A DNA stretch of 64,000 bases from positions 2,979 to 66,978 of the forward strand of contig DATDVE010000016.1 in the NCBI GenBank assembly GCA_036517655.1, given 5' to 3'. This document shows, one piece after another, positions 1 to 10,176 of this stretch (the stretch's first letter is position 1; each line of letters begins with the position of its first letter). The notes under the pieces are model-generated. The model was not told where the DNA came from, made no database searches, and saw only the letters and a list, made by a program, of their open reading frames with translations. A program made the position numbers and the translations under genes. The stretch is from Minisyncoccota bacterium (GTDB taxonomy: Bacteria > Patescibacteriota > Minisyncoccia > Phycocordibacterales > DATDSR01).

Positions 1-765
1 TCAACTATGGACGGCGTTAAGGAAGATGTCATAACCATTCTGCTCAACCTTAAGAAAATTCGTTTTCGCATGAATACAGACGAGCCCCAGAAGGCCACGA
101 TCCGCGTGTCAGGAATTAAGGAGATCACGGCTGGAGATATCGAAGTACCAGGCCAGGTGGAAGTAGTGAACAAAAAGCAGCACATAGCCGAGATAACAAG
201 CAAGGGGACCAAGTTCGATGCGGAGATTACAATTGAGAAGGGAATCGGCTACGCACCAAAGGAAGTATTGCATAGGGACAAGGTAGAGATTGGTGCGATT
301 GCCCTGGATGCGACCTTCACCTCGATAAAGCGCGTCAACTACGAGGTTGAGAATATGCGCGTCGGGGACAGAACAGACTTCAACCGCCTGCGAATATTCA
401 TTGAGACAGATGGTGTTAGCTCTCCAAGAGAAGCGCTCGAGAACTCGATCGCAATAATGATTAATCAGTTACGAGCCATCGTTGGCTTCCAGGAGGAAGC
501 CCTCGACCGAGATGAGGCGACGGGTAAGCAGGAGGGCGCTGGTGGGGCGGGTGCAGATGGCAAGGATGCAGGGAAAATGAAAGTTGAGGAGCTGGATCTA
601 TCTGCTCGCACGGCGAATGCTCTCACAAGAGGCGGAATCCGCACAGTGGGTGGCCTCTCACGCAAGAGCGAAGAAGATTTGCTGGCATTTGAAGGTCTGG
701 GAGCAAAAGCTCTTGATGAAATTAGAGATGCATTATCCAAATTTGGTCTCTCTCTCAAAAGCTAA
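1..765 (+). CDS. rpoA: DNA-directed RNA polymerase alpha subunit, C-terminal ~250 aa (5' end off window)
   Basis: ORF 7..765 in frame with the window start. Alpha-NTD/CTD-like sequence with a Gly/Ala-rich linker and a C-terminal HhH-like region (ELDLSARTANAL...). Followed by rplQ, as in the canonical rpoA-rplQ arrangement. Confidence 0.85.
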   Translation, partial: STMDGVKEDVITILLNLKKIRFRMNTDEPQKATIRVSGIKEITAGDIEVPGQVEVVNKKQHIAEITSKGTKFDAEITIEKGIGYAPKEVLHRDKVEIGAIALDATFTSIKRVNYEVENMRVGDRTDFNRLRIFIETDGVSSPREALENSIAIMINQLRAIVGFQEEALDRDEATGKQEGAGGAGADGKDAGKMKVEELDLSARTANALTRGGIRTVGGLSRKSEEDLLAFEGLGAKALDEIRDALSKFGLSLKS

Positions 766-781
766 TACCTAGTTCCTAACC

Positions 782-1051
782 ATGAGGCATCACGACAAAA
801 ACAGAAAATTCGGCAGGGAGAAATCGCAGCGCGAGGCATTAATGAGCTCGCTTGCCAAGTCACTCATGACCCACAAGAAAATTAAAACTACAGAAGCCAA
901 GGCAAAAGAACTTAGGCCGATGGTGGAGAAATTGATGACCCGCGATAAAAAGAATCCCAGAGCCGGTGGTGGCTATACAAGGATAATTAAGCTGCCTAGG
1001 CGCAAGAGTGATGGTAGTAAAATGGCAGTGATAGAAGTGATAGAAAAATAA
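782..1051 (+). CDS. rplQ: 50S ribosomal protein L17
   Basis: 89-aa basic protein (MRHHDKNRKFGR...YTRIIKLPRR) typical of L17, immediately after rpoA. Confidence 0.85.
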   Translation: MRHHDKNRKFGREKSQREALMSSLAKSLMTHKKIKTTEAKAKELRPMVEKLMTRDKKNPRAGGGYTRIIKLPRRKSDGSKMAVIEVIEK

Positions 1052-1052
1052 A

Positions 1053-1400
1053 ATGGAGCAAGTAATCATAGATGCAAAGGGCAAGACTTTAGGCAGAGTG
1101 GCTTCGGAGGCGGCCAAGTTACTTGCTGGCAAGAATCTGGTTAGCTTCGCCAGGAACAAAACGCCAGGGACGAAAGTTAAGGTGACGAATGCGAAGTCGC
1201 TGCACATACCTGAGAAGAAGCGTTTACAAAAAAAGTATGTGAGATACACAGGGTATCCAGGTGGTCTGCGAAATGAGAGACTGGAGGAAATGATTGCCAA
1301 GAAAGGTGTTGCGGAACCCCTACGTGAGGCAATATATGGAATGCTACCAAGCAACAAGTTGCGTCCGCGCATTATGAAGAATCTCTCTGTTGAGGAATAA
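1053..1400 (+). CDS. rplM: 50S ribosomal protein L13
   Basis: 115-aa L13-like protein (KTLGRVASEAAKLL...), upstream of rpsI as in the conserved rplM-rpsI pair. Confidence 0.85.
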   Translation: MEQVIIDAKGKTLGRVASEAAKLLAGKNLVSFARNKTPGTKVKVTNAKSLHIPEKKRLQKKYVRYTGYPGGLRNERLEEMIAKKGVAEPLREAIYGMLPSNKLRPRIMKNLSVEE

Positions 1401-1407
1401 AAAACAC

Positions 1408-1818
1408 ATGCAGACAACAAGCGACACAGTCAGATACAACGAGGGCGTAGGGAAGCGCAAGAGCGCCATAGCTAGAGTTCGCGTTACGAAGGCTATTAAG
1501 CCGAGCTTTGAAGTAAATAATCGTCCGTCAGAGGAATATTTCCCTGGGGAGATATTTGCTGGAATAATTCGTGAGCCACTACGTGCTTCGGGCAGCCCCA
1601 ATAAGTACAAAGTGACTGTTAGGGTTGTGGGCGGAGGAGTTATGGCCCAGGCCGAGGCAACGAGACTCGGGCTTGCTAAAGCCCTTATCGGGGACGATCT
1701 GACCCTGCGCGGGCCAATCAAAAAGGCAAGACTGCTCACCCGCGACTCAAGAATAAAGGAAAGAAGGAAATTTGGCCTCAAAAAGGCAAGAAAAGCTCCT
1801 CAGTGGAGTAAGCGCTAA
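1408..1818 (+). CDS. rpsI: 30S ribosomal protein S9
   Basis: Basic C-terminal tail ...RRKFGLKKARKAPQWSKR is diagnostic of S9. Start set at the second ATG (1408) to avoid overlap with rplM; the ORF track starts at 1390. Confidence 0.85.
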   Translation: MQTTSDTVRYNEGVGKRKSAIARVRVTKAIKPSFEVNNRPSEEYFPGEIFAGIIREPLRASGSPNKYKVTVRVVGGGVMAQAEATRLGLAKALIGDDLTLRGPIKKARLLTRDSRIKERRKFGLKKARKAPQWSKR

Positions 1819-1867
1819 TCTCTCGGGCATTGTATGGTACTTGATTTTGCTCTAAAAGAGAGTATAA

Positions 1868-2392
1868 TTGGGCTTCATGAGTGACGAAAATGATATTGAT
1901 ATTGAGGAAAATGGCGATGAAAATGGAGAGAACTCTTGTTTAGAGAAACTCGGTAAAATAAAGGAAAAGTTAAAGGTTTGTGAGGCCGAAAAGGGGGACT
2001 ATCTTGATGGCTGGCAGAGGAGCAAAGCTGATTATGCAAATTTTAAGCGCGTAGTTTTAGAAGGAGAAAAAGATTTGGGGATCAGGGCGACTAGACGGAT
2101 AATTGAGGAACTTTTGCCGGTGCTAGAAAGTTTAGATCAAGCCCGCGCTCATACAAAGGATCTCGAGCCTATCGAGCGGCAGTTTGTTAAAATACTTGAG
2201 GCTAATGGGCTGGAAAGTTATGGTGAGGCGGGGGAGAACTTTGATCCTACTATTCACGAATCGGTTGGCATGAGCGAGGTTGCAGAAGAGGAAAACGATA
2301 ATATAATAGTAGAAATCGTTTCGAGAGGTTATAAGTTGGCAGGCAGGATTCTGAAACCCGCAAAAGTTAAGGTAGGCAAGTATAAAATATAA
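1868..2392 (+). CDS. grpE: nucleotide exchange factor GrpE
   Basis: 174 aa with a coiled-coil N-terminus and a GrpE-like C-terminal beta domain. Precedes dnaK-dnaJ. Candidate -35 TTGATT / -10 TATAAT at 1843-1866. Confidence 0.8.
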   Translation: MGFMSDENDIDIEENGDENGENSCLEKLGKIKEKLKVCEAEKGDYLDGWQRSKADYANFKRVVLEGEKDLGIRATRRIIEELLPVLESLDQARAHTKDLEPIERQFVKILEANGLESYGEAGENFDPTIHESVGMSEVAEEENDNIIVEIVSRGYKLAGRILKPAKVKVGKYKI

Positions 2393-2397
2393 GGATC

Positions 2398-4260
2398 ATG
2401 AGTAAAATACTTGGCATAGATTTGGGCACAACTAACTCGGCAATGGCCGTGATTGAAGGCGGCGAGCCGAAGATTATTGAGAACTCTGAAGGTAATAGGA
2501 CAACGCCATCTGTTGTGGCTATTTCTAAAACTGGTGAAAGGTTAGTTGGCCTAGTTGCCAAGCGACAGTCTGTCACTAACCCCAGCAATACTATCTACGG
2601 AGTTAAACGCTTGATGGGCCATAAGTTCGAGGATGAGGAAATTGTAGAAGACGTTAAGTCTGTCGCTTTTAAGATCAAAAAAGACCCTTCGACAAGCTCA
2701 GGACAAGATGGAGGCGGTGTGGTTGTCGAGATGGCAAATAAGAATTACAGGCCAGAGGAAATCTCTGCCATGATTCTCTCTAAATTAAAAGCCGACGCTG
2801 AGGCTAAACTAGGCGGCAAGATCACAGAGGCGGTGATCACAGTTCCGGCATACTTTAGTGATGCACAGAGGAATGCAACCAAGGCAGCGGGTACAATTGC
2901 TGGGTTTGATGTAAAAAGGATTATCAATGAGCCAACGGCTGCGGCGCTGGCCTATGGTTTTAACAAACGCAAAGACGAGAAAATCGTTGTCTTTGATTTC
3001 GGCGGTGGCACATTTGATGTGTCAGTGCTCGAAGTGGGTGGCGACGTCATCGAAGTCAAATCAACTGACGGCGACTCGCACATGGGTGGCGAAGATATAG
3101 ATCGCGAAATTGTAGATTGGATTGCAAGTGAATTCAAAAAGGAGTCTGGCATAGACGTGCGCACAGACTCGCTTGCCCTTCAGAGATTGAAAGAAGCGGC
3201 CGAGAAAGCTAAACACGAGCTTTCTACCGCGCTTGAAACAGAAATCAACATACCTTTCATCACATCAGACGCCTCTGGGCCCAAGCATTTATTGCTCAAA
3301 ATGACTCGAGCAAAACTTGAGGGCTTGTGTGAGTCGTATATAAACAAATCAATCGAGATCACCAAGCGCGCGCTTGATGCATCGGGCTTTAAGATAAGTG
3401 ACATTGCAGAGGTTGTGCTTGTGGGCGGTCAGACTAGGATGCCGAAGATCCAGGAAGAGGTAAAAAAACTTTTCGGTGGCAAAGAACCAAATAGATCAAT
3501 TAATCCAGACGAGGTTGTAGCTATCGGCGCTGCGATACAGGCTGGTATTATGCAGGGTGATGTTAAGGACGTGCTCTTGCTTGACGTTACGCCCTTATCG
3601 CTTGGAATTGAAACTCTGGGGGGTGTGGCCACAAGATTAATAGAAAAGAATACAACTATACCCACGGCCCGAACACAAGTCTTCTCTACTGCCGCAGATA
3701 ATCAAACGTCTGTTGAGATACATGTTGTCCAGGGCGAGCGCGAGATGGCGGCAGATAATAAGACACTCGGCAGATTCACTCTAGAGGGCATTCCGCCGGC
3801 TCCGCGAGGCATGCCACAAGTTGAGGTAAGCTTCGACATAGACGCAAATGGCATCCTGCAAGTCAAGGCAAAAGATAAAACCTCTGGCAAAGAGCAATCT
3901 ATTAGGATAGAGGGTTCTACAGGCTTGTCTAAGGAGGAAATAGAGCGCATGAAGCGTGATGCGGAAGTGCATGCCGAAGAAGATAAGAAAAAGAAAGAAC
4001 TAATAGACACGCGCAACATGGCAGACGCGCTAATCGTGACAGCCGAACGCGCAGTTAAGGACGCGGGAGACAAAATTACACCCGAGCTTAAGACAACGAT
4101 AGAGGAGAAAATCAGTAACTTAAAAAAAGTAAAAGATACTGGTTCACAAGAAGATATTAAAAAGGTAAGTGATGAGTTGGGAGTGGAAATTCAGAAAATC
4201 GGACCCGCGATGGGTAATGACCAAACATCTCAAACTGATCAAACTAAACAAACACCTTGA
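2398..4260 (+). CDS. dnaK: molecular chaperone DnaK (Hsp70)
   Basis: 620 aa with Hsp70 signatures ([26 protein letters not shown]). Confidence 0.97.
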   Translation: MSKILGIDLGTTNSAMAVIEGGEPKIIENSEGNRTTPSVVAISKTGERLVGLVAKRQSVTNPSNTIYGVKRLMGHKFEDEEIVEDVKSVAFKIKKDPSTSSGQDGGGVVVEMANKNYRPEEISAMILSKLKADAEAKLGGKITEAVITVPAYFSDAQRNATKAAGTIAGFDVKRIINEPTAAALAYGFNKRKDEKIVVFDFGGGTFDVSVLEVGGDVIEVKSTDGDSHMGGEDIDREIVDWIASEFKKESGIDVRTDSLALQRLKEAAEKAKHELSTALETEINIPFITSDASGPKHLLLKMTRAKLEGLCESYINKSIEITKRALDASGFKISDIAEVVLVGGQTRMPKIQEEVKKLFGGKEPNRSINPDEVVAIGAAIQAGIMQGDVKDVLLLDVTPLSLGIETLGGVATRLIEKNTTIPTARTQVFSTAADNQTSVEIHVVQGEREMAADNKTLGRFTLEGIPPAPRGMPQVEVSFDIDANGILQVKAKDKTSGKEQSIRIEGSTGLSKEEIERMKRDAEVHAEEDKKKKELIDTRNMADALIVTAERAVKDAGDKITPELKTTIEEKISNLKKVKDTGSQEDIKKVSDELGVEIQKIGPAMGNDQTSQTDQTKQTP

Positions 4261-5357
4261 GCAAAGATTATTACAAAGTTCTGGGAGTTGACAAGAAGGC
4301 TAGTAAGGAAGATGTCAAGAAGGCATTTCGTAAATTAGCTCACGAATATCATCCTGATCGCGGAGGCGACGAGAGCAAGTTCAAGGAAATTAATGAGGCT
4401 TACCAGGTTCTCTCCAATGACCAAAAAAGGGCGGAGTATGATACATACGGACAGACCTTTTCTGGTGGTGGTCCCGGTGCTGGAGGAATGGGTGGCGCTG
4501 GATTCGGTGGGTTTGACATGCGTGGCTTCGGCGGAATGGGACAGGGCGGGACAAATCCTTTTGGCGAGGGTGTTGAGTTTGACATGGGCGAGATTTTTTC
4601 AGATTTCTTCGGGGGACGTCGGAGGGGAGGAACGCGCAGAGGGAAGGACATTTCTATTGACGTCCAGATCCCTTTTGCAGACTCTATTTTCGGCATAGAC
4701 AAAACTGTGATAATCACCAAGCAGTCAAGCTGTACTGATTGCAATGGCAGCGGAGCTCTTAAGGGAACCGATATGGACAAGTGCAGTGCCTGTGATGGCA
4801 GGGGCACACTCAAGGAATCGCGCGGGACATTCTTCGGTAATTTTACCGTTGAGGGTCCATGCAGAGCCTGTGACGGCCTGGGCAAACGGCCCAAGGAAAT
4901 TTGTCCCGCCTGCAGGGGGGAGGGCGTTCTGCGCAGAGGCGAGGAGATAGAAATAAATATACCGGGGGGCATCGAAAATGGAGAGATGATCCGCATGAGC
5001 GGACTGGGCGAGGCAGTAAGAGGCGGTGCCCCGGGTGACCTGTACGTTAAGATTCATGTTGGGACACACCCCGTATTCAGACGAGAGGGGATGGATCTTC
5101 TCATGGACCTGCCGGTTAAGATTACAGATGCTGTTCTCGGCGCGAATTACAATGTGCCCACACTTGAGGGCACAGCCGAGATTCGAGTACCCGCAGGTAC
5201 AAGTGACGGCACAATCCTGCGCATTAAGGATCGCGGAGTGCCGGGGGTACGAGGCAAACGAGGCAGCATTCTGGTGCGGGTTAGCCTTAGGCTGCCGAGT
5301 AAGCTCTCGGATAAAGCCAAGCAACTTCTGGAACAACTAAGACGTGAGGGAATATAA
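4257..5357 (+). CDS. dnaJ: molecular chaperone DnaJ
   Basis: J-domain with HPD (YHPDRGGD), a Gly/Phe-rich region and four CxxCxGxG zinc-finger repeats. TTG start overlaps the dnaK stop (TTGA). Confidence 0.93.
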   Translation: MSKDYYKVLGVDKKASKEDVKKAFRKLAHEYHPDRGGDESKFKEINEAYQVLSNDQKRAEYDTYGQTFSGGGPGAGGMGGAGFGGFDMRGFGGMGQGGTNPFGEGVEFDMGEIFSDFFGGRRRGGTRRGKDISIDVQIPFADSIFGIDKTVIITKQSSCTDCNGSGALKGTDMDKCSACDGRGTLKESRGTFFGNFTVEGPCRACDGLGKRPKEICPACRGEGVLRRGEEIEINIPGGIENGEMIRMSGLGEAVRGGAPGDLYVKIHVGTHPVFRREGMDLLMDLPVKITDAVLGANYNVPTLEGTAEIRVPAGTSDGTILRIKDRGVPGVRGKRGSILVRVSLRLPSKLSDKAKQLLEQLRREGI

Positions 5358-6043
5358 TGCTTCCGAATTGGTTCGTCCATTTTACACAGACACTGGTCTC
5401 TATTCCTGCGCGGATAGCTCTGGTTCTGTTCTGCAATCTGAAGGTGGAAGGCCTTGCGAACCTAGAGGGTCTAGGTGCGAGTCGCGGCGTCATTTTAGCC
5501 AGTAATCATTGCAATCAGCTCGACAGTGTTGCATTACCCTGCGCTCTGCCAATTTTATCTTCCCTGGGCCCTGTCTATTTCGTCGCCCTTGAGCACAAGG
5601 ATTACAAGAGGTTCCCTGTTGGTAGATATATTTATGGAACCTGGATCTTCCGAATCCTTGGTGCTTACTCGATCAAGCGCGGTCTTAAGAACTACGCGGC
5701 TAGCCTAGCAACGCATGTCCGACTCCTCTCAAGTGGCAAAACAGTTTCAATTTATCCAGAGGGCAAAATTCACTACGGCGAGGGAATGGGGGAGGCACGT
5801 GGTGGAGTAGCCTACCTGGCCAAAGAGACCGGGGCACCTATTGTGCCAGTTGCGATAACCGGGAGCAAAAACGCCACCCTTCTGGATTTGCTTACTTTTC
5901 GCAGGGAAATAAGAGTCGCATTTGGGCATCCGACCTACTCTAATTACATAGATGAGCCGGACCAACCTGAAGAGACACGGCACCACAAGGCAGCTCAAAA
6001 AGTCATGTATCGAATCGCGGAACTCTCTGTCCCTTTACAGTAG
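5357..6043 (+). CDS. lysophospholipid acyltransferase (PlsC family)
   Basis: HxxxxD acyltransferase motif (NHCNQLD) and a downstream YPEG motif, characteristic of 1-acyl-sn-glycerol-3-phosphate acyltransferases. Confidence 0.7.
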   Translation: MLPNWFVHFTQTLVSIPARIALVLFCNLKVEGLANLEGLGASRGVILASNHCNQLDSVALPCALPILSSLGPVYFVALEHKDYKRFPVGRYIYGTWIFRILGAYSIKRGLKNYAASLATHVRLLSSGKTVSIYPEGKIHYGEGMGEARGGVAYLAKETGAPIVPVAITGSKNATLLDLLTFRREIRVAFGHPTYSNYIDEPDQPEETRHHKAAQKVMYRIAELSVPLQ

Positions 6044-6098
6044 ATAGTTACTATGATATAATTAGGGCAACATTGAACCCCGAAGGGAGGGATGCGAA

Positions 6099-6434
6099 TT
6101 GACGAGGTTTTCGGTTGTAACAGGTGCGTCGTCCGGACTGGGCCGGGCCGTTGCACTTCGACTTGCGATGGAAGGCGATCACGTCCTCCTGCTTGGTCGC
6201 GACGAAGGTCGGCTGTTAGAGACAGCCGACCTCGTGAGCGAGGCTGGCGGAACACCGCTTTTTGAACCGGTGGACATCCGGGACCGACCGGCACTCCGAC
6301 GGGTTCTCCGGACACTAGTGCCTCCGGCGGGGATCGGCCTAGTTGTTCACTGCGCTGGGATTCTCGTTCCGGGAGAAGTGGACGAGATCGGGTATGATGA
6401 CTTAGGCGCTATGTGTGACACGAACGTCCACTAA
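6099..6434 (+). pseudogene. truncated short-chain dehydrogenase/reductase (N-terminal ~45% only), GC-rich
   Basis: TGASSGLG Rossmann motif and an NNAG-like HCAGIL, but the ORF ends at aa 111, before the catalytic S/YxxxK. GC content is far above the neighbours. RBS GGGAGGG upstream and a perfect terminator directly after. Confidence 0.6.
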
Positions 6435-6435
6435 G

Positions 6436-6468
6436 AAAACCCGGAGGGTTACCCTCCGGGTTTTCTTC
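6436..6468 (+). terminator. rho-independent terminator (AAAACCCGGAGGG-TTA-CCCTCCGGGTTTT)
   Basis: Perfect 9-bp GC stem, 3-nt loop, A-tract/T-tract flanks. Confidence 0.75.
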
Positions 6469-6574
6469 CCTCCATAACAGCCGTCGGGCCTATCCCGGGG
6501 GCTGTTTGTTTTATTAAAATTGCTTTATAATGGTTTGTCGGTGTTTATATACCATAAGACATTGTCACAATATA

Positions 6575-7222
6575 ATGAACATATATTTTGTTAGACACGG
6601 AATTACAGGAGGGAATGAATCGAATCAATATCAGTTACCGACTATCGAGTTATCTGAACAAGGAATTAATCAAGCTCAATTCGTAGCAAAACGCTTCAAG
6701 ACCATACCCGTCGAGGTAATATTTGCTAGCCCTATGACAAGAGCCTCTCAGACCGCCAGCATTATTGCTGATAGCATTGGCCTGAAGGTCATGGAGAGCT
6801 CTCTTTTTGAGGAAATAAAACGCCCTTCGATAGTATGTGGCAGAAGTAAGAATGAGCCTGATGTGAAGTCAGTCATGAAGATTGTTAAAGAGACATTTGC
6901 AGATCCAGATAAACGGCACTCCGACGAAGAAGACTATTTCCAGTTGAAGGATAGGGCAGAAGAGGTATTGAAATTCCTTTCGGAGAGAAATGAGAATGAA
7001 ATACTTGTCGTAACTCACGGTGAAATACTGCGGATGATACTTTCGCTAGTTATCTTTGGTAAAGAGCTAACTCCAGAAATATTTGACCAAGTAAGACGAA
7101 CTTTTATACCTCACAACACGGGAATTACCGTCATTCAATATGACCTATCGTTCGAATTCCACAAATCAGGGTGGTATGTACTTAGCTGGAATGACTACGC
7201 TCATCTAGGAGATTCTAGATAG
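6575..7222 (+). CDS. histidine phosphatase family protein (phosphoglycerate mutase-like)
   Basis: N-terminal RHG motif (IYFVRHGITGGN) and C-terminal VTHG motif (LVVTHGEILR). Start chosen at ATG 6575. Confidence 0.7.
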   Translation: MNIYFVRHGITGGNESNQYQLPTIELSEQGINQAQFVAKRFKTIPVEVIFASPMTRASQTASIIADSIGLKVMESSLFEEIKRPSIVCGRSKNEPDVKSVMKIVKETFADPDKRHSDEEDYFQLKDRAEEVLKFLSERNENEILVVTHGEILRMILSLVIFGKELTPEIFDQVRRTFIPHNTGITVIQYDLSFEFHKSGWYVLSWNDYAHLGDSR

Positions 7223-7264
7223 CATTCAAATAAGCAGAGTTCTCAGTAGATAGACTGGCTTAAA

Positions 7265-7565
7265 CTAGCCGAGTATATGTTGAAGCCGTTGATTCGTCTG
7301 GTAGAAGCTCCAAAAGCGGGCCAAGTAGCTTTTCATCCGGTTCAACATGAGGTCGTGTGTCTCCACTGTCATGCAGCCCTGAAAGGGTCTACTTTGAGTG
7401 TGGCTAAGAGTGACCAACGACCCTTCCGTGATGGGAGTGTGGAAAAAGAGCGAGACAACCCCACATGTCCGTACGACTTCACTAGCGACTTTGCCACAGA
7501 CTTATCGTCTTTTGAGCAGATAATGAGAACCCGTTTTGCCATGACCTAACCCTCCTTTGATTTGA
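7265..7565 (+). ncRNA. rnpB: probable RNase P RNA (bacterial type; boundaries approximate)
   Basis: GC-enriched, ORF-poor segment. CR-II-like TGAAAGGGTCT...GGCTAAGAGTGACC (7378-7415; cf. GGUGAAAGGGUG...GGUAAGAGCGCACC). CR-III-like AACCCCAC (7457-7464). P4 strands AAAAGCGGG (7312-7320) and CCCGTTTT (7529-7536) can pair. The called 90-aa ORF has no protein-like features. Confidence 0.5.
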
Positions 7566-7685
7566 ACGTGCTTCCAAGCTGGAAACTAACACAAGTAACA
7601 AGGATATGCAAAGAGAAAAAGTGATTTCAATTGATGTGCATTACTTGATACCGCATACCTGTTTGTTTTGTTATGATAAATAAGT

Positions 7686-8558
7686 ATGGCTCACATTGCA
7701 GATAATGACTCAACATTAAAATATGAGGTGAATACTACCCATAAAAAGGTCTTTAATCTTTTTTTTACTTCTATATTAAACAATCTTCCTGCGTCTGTAG
7801 TGCATCTCATCAAGAAATCTAATTACTCTGCTCATCATGTTATTGAGAATAAGACTAGTCACGAAGCGCTTGAAACACTCTATAGTTGCGGACACTCACA
7901 TCCATCGAGTAACCTTCTAAACAAACTCTTTAGATCTATTTGGTTTAATGTAGATAACTCGAAGGCAGTTAGAAACAGATTAAAGCTGGTTAAGAAGGAA
8001 CTTAAAGTCGCTTTTAGCTCAATAATAGATAGGGAAGAAAAAATAGAATTACTTAGCATAGCATCTGGATCGGCTCGGTCAGTAGTTGAGGCAATTAGTG
8101 AGGCAGGACTTACAGCTGAAAAAATAAGAGCATCCTTCTTAGACAAGAACCCCAACGCCCTAGATTACAGCAAAAGATTAGTGAGTAAATGTGGTTTAAA
8201 GAATTTTCACTTTCGCTGGTTCAACGACGTTGCTTCAAATTTCCCGGTATATTTCGCCAATGCTAAGCCCAACCTTGTAGAAATGGTTGGGTTACTGGAC
8301 TACTTCTCTTTTGATAAAACATTATCTTTATTAAAAGTTATTTATAACAACCTACCTAAAGGCGGAATTCTTATAACAGCGAATATCAGTGACAACCGAG
8401 AGCGTAAGTTTGTTACCAATATAGTTGGATGGCATATGATTTATAAAAACGCTGACGAGTTACGGTCGCTGGCAATATCAGCTGGTTTTAATCCAGATAA
8501 AATACGGGTGATTTATGAACCGCTTCGTATACACTGCGTCTTAATAGCTGAAAAATAA
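7686..8558 (+). CDS. class I SAM-dependent methyltransferase (putative)
   Basis: Motif I-like LLSIASGSARS and post-I acidic residue, LPKGGILI motif; 290 aa. Stop abuts the start of the histidine kinase. Confidence 0.45.
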   Translation: MAHIADNDSTLKYEVNTTHKKVFNLFFTSILNNLPASVVHLIKKSNYSAHHVIENKTSHEALETLYSCGHSHPSSNLLNKLFRSIWFNVDNSKAVRNRLKLVKKELKVAFSSIIDREEKIELLSIASGSARSVVEAISEAGLTAEKIRASFLDKNPNALDYSKRLVSKCGLKNFHFRWFNDVASNFPVYFANAKPNLVEMVGLLDYFSFDKTLSLLKVIYNNLPKGGILITANISDNRERKFVTNIVGWHMIYKNADELRSLAISAGFNPDKIRVIYEPLRIHCVLIAEK

Positions 8559-10169
8559 ATGTCTGACTGGCAAACAACGTCACTTTTCATAGTTTCCGGC
8601 CTTAACGCACTCTTTAGTCTAATTCTGATTAGAGAAGGCAAAAGCCGAGTAAACATAATTTTTTCATTGTTTGTACTAGCCGCTTCTGCCTGGGCGCTTG
8701 GCATTGGCTTGTTTAGAACAATCAATGACATAAATTATTCATTGTACATAGCTAATTTTTACTACGTTGCTGCGGCACTTATCCCATTGCTATTTTTGTA
8801 CTTTTCTCTTGTATTCTTGAATGATAAGAAGCGAATAGGTATTCTCTATTTGTGGCTTGGACTACCCATGATTGCTCTACTAGCGGGACTAGTAATCAAT
8901 CGAAATCTTATTCTTCTTTCTGTGTCCAGCCTTTCTGGCGTTAAAACGGCTACGATAAACCTAATTCCATATTCCATTTATGGCATTTTATTCGTACTTT
9001 ATGTGATTACCTCATTTTTTGTTTTGTTCAGATCGCTATCTCACGCACAGGAACGTGAACAAAAAATCCAGATAAGATTTGTTATCTATGGAACGATTAT
9101 CCCTTATATTTTGGGGATGGTGTTTAATCTGATTCTACCGTGGATAGGGAACTATCAACATATTTGGCTTGGACCTATTTTTTCAATAATGATGGTTGCA
9201 GCGGTTGGCTATGCAGTCGCAAACCACCATCTTTTCAATCTCAAAATTATCGCAACAGAGGTTACTGTTGTTGTCTTGTGGATATTCCTGTTGGTCCGGA
9301 CTCTTGTATCAAGCGGCGTGACTGACCAGATAATAAATGGGTCCACCTTCATTGCTTTAGTGATACTCGGGGTCCTTTTGATTCGGTCTGTCATTAAAGA
9401 AGTCAAAACGCGCGAAAGAATGGAGGCGCTTGCCAAGGAACTTGCTTCGGCCAACGAGCGGCTGACTGTCCTTGATCGTCAGAAATCTGAATTCTTGTCT
9501 ATTGCCTCGCACCAATTGCGTAGCCCGCTTACTGCCATTAAGGGCTATTCATCCATGATTCTTGAGGGCTCTTTTGGGGTGCCTGAGGCTAAGATGAAAG
9601 AGGCCATCGAGCGCATTTATTTATCAAGTGAGCGACTGGTTATTATCATCGAGGACTTCCTGAATGTGTCGCGTATCGAGCAAGGCCGGATGCAGTATGA
9701 TTTCGCAACAGTTAATCTAGAAGAACTTGTGACGGGAGTGACCCAGGAACTAGAACCAAATATCAAGCGGGCCAGATTAGATATCTCTTTTAGCAAAAAG
9801 ACCGCCGGTCCATTCTATATTAATGCTGATTTCGGCAAGATTCGCCAGGTTATAACTAACATCATAGATAACGCTGTCAAATACACACCCGAAGGTGGAA
9901 TTACAGTGAGCCTATCGAAGGATGAAGAGACACGCAAGATCCTGCTTGCCATATCTGACACAGGCATCGGCATCGCCCGTGAGGTGCTGCCCATGCTCTT
10001 CCAGAAATTTACGAGAGCGAAGGGCGCAAGCGAGGTCAACACCCAAGGCACTGGTCTGGGCCTCTATGTAGTCAAAGAACTTATGAAGGCCCACAAAGGC
10101 AGCGTCTGGGTGGATAGCCCAGGCGAAGGCAAAGGCTCTACCTTTTACCTCGAGTTTATGGCAGAATAG
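8559..10169 (+). CDS. sensor histidine kinase with multi-TM N-terminal domain (no response regulator adjacent)
   Basis: About 7 predicted TM helices, then a coiled coil, HisKA H-box (SEFLSIASHQLRSPLTAIKGY) and HATPase_c N/G boxes (DNAVKYT, GTGLGL). Confidence 0.85.
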   Translation: MSDWQTTSLFIVSGLNALFSLILIREGKSRVNIIFSLFVLAASAWALGIGLFRTINDINYSLYIANFYYVAAALIPLLFLYFSLVFLNDKKRIGILYLWLGLPMIALLAGLVINRNLILLSVSSLSGVKTATINLIPYSIYGILFVLYVITSFFVLFRSLSHAQEREQKIQIRFVIYGTIIPYILGMVFNLILPWIGNYQHIWLGPIFSIMMVAAVGYAVANHHLFNLKIIATEVTVVVLWIFLLVRTLVSSGVTDQIINGSTFIALVILGVLLIRSVIKEVKTRERMEALAKELASANERLTVLDRQKSEFLSIASHQLRSPLTAIKGYSSMILEGSFGVPEAKMKEAIERIYLSSERLVIIIEDFLNVSRIEQGRMQYDFATVNLEELVTGVTQELEPNIKRARLDISFSKKTAGPFYINADFGKIRQVITNIIDNAVKYTPEGGITVSLSKDEETRKILLAISDTGIGIAREVLPMLFQKFTRAKGASEVNTQGTGLGLYVVKELMKAHKGSVWVDSPGEGKGSTFYLEFMAE

Positions 10170-10176
10170 TTGCAAT

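Noticed and set aside
860-1781. Minus-strand ORFs (186 aa, 145 aa) antisense to rplQ/rplM/rpsI
   Set aside because: Antisense to highly conserved ribosomal protein genes; no motifs. Typical shadow ORFs.
4400-5336. Long minus-strand ORFs (198 aa, 203 aa) antisense to dnaJ, Pro-rich
   Set aside because: They are the complement of the Gly-rich G/F region and zinc-finger repeats of dnaJ; dnaJ on the plus strand has clear family motifs.
7277-7549. 90-aa ORF called in the rpnB-candidate region
   Set aside because: No RBS and no protein-like composition. The region instead carries ordered RNase P conserved-region look-alikes and is GC-enriched, as structured RNAs are in AT-biased genomes.
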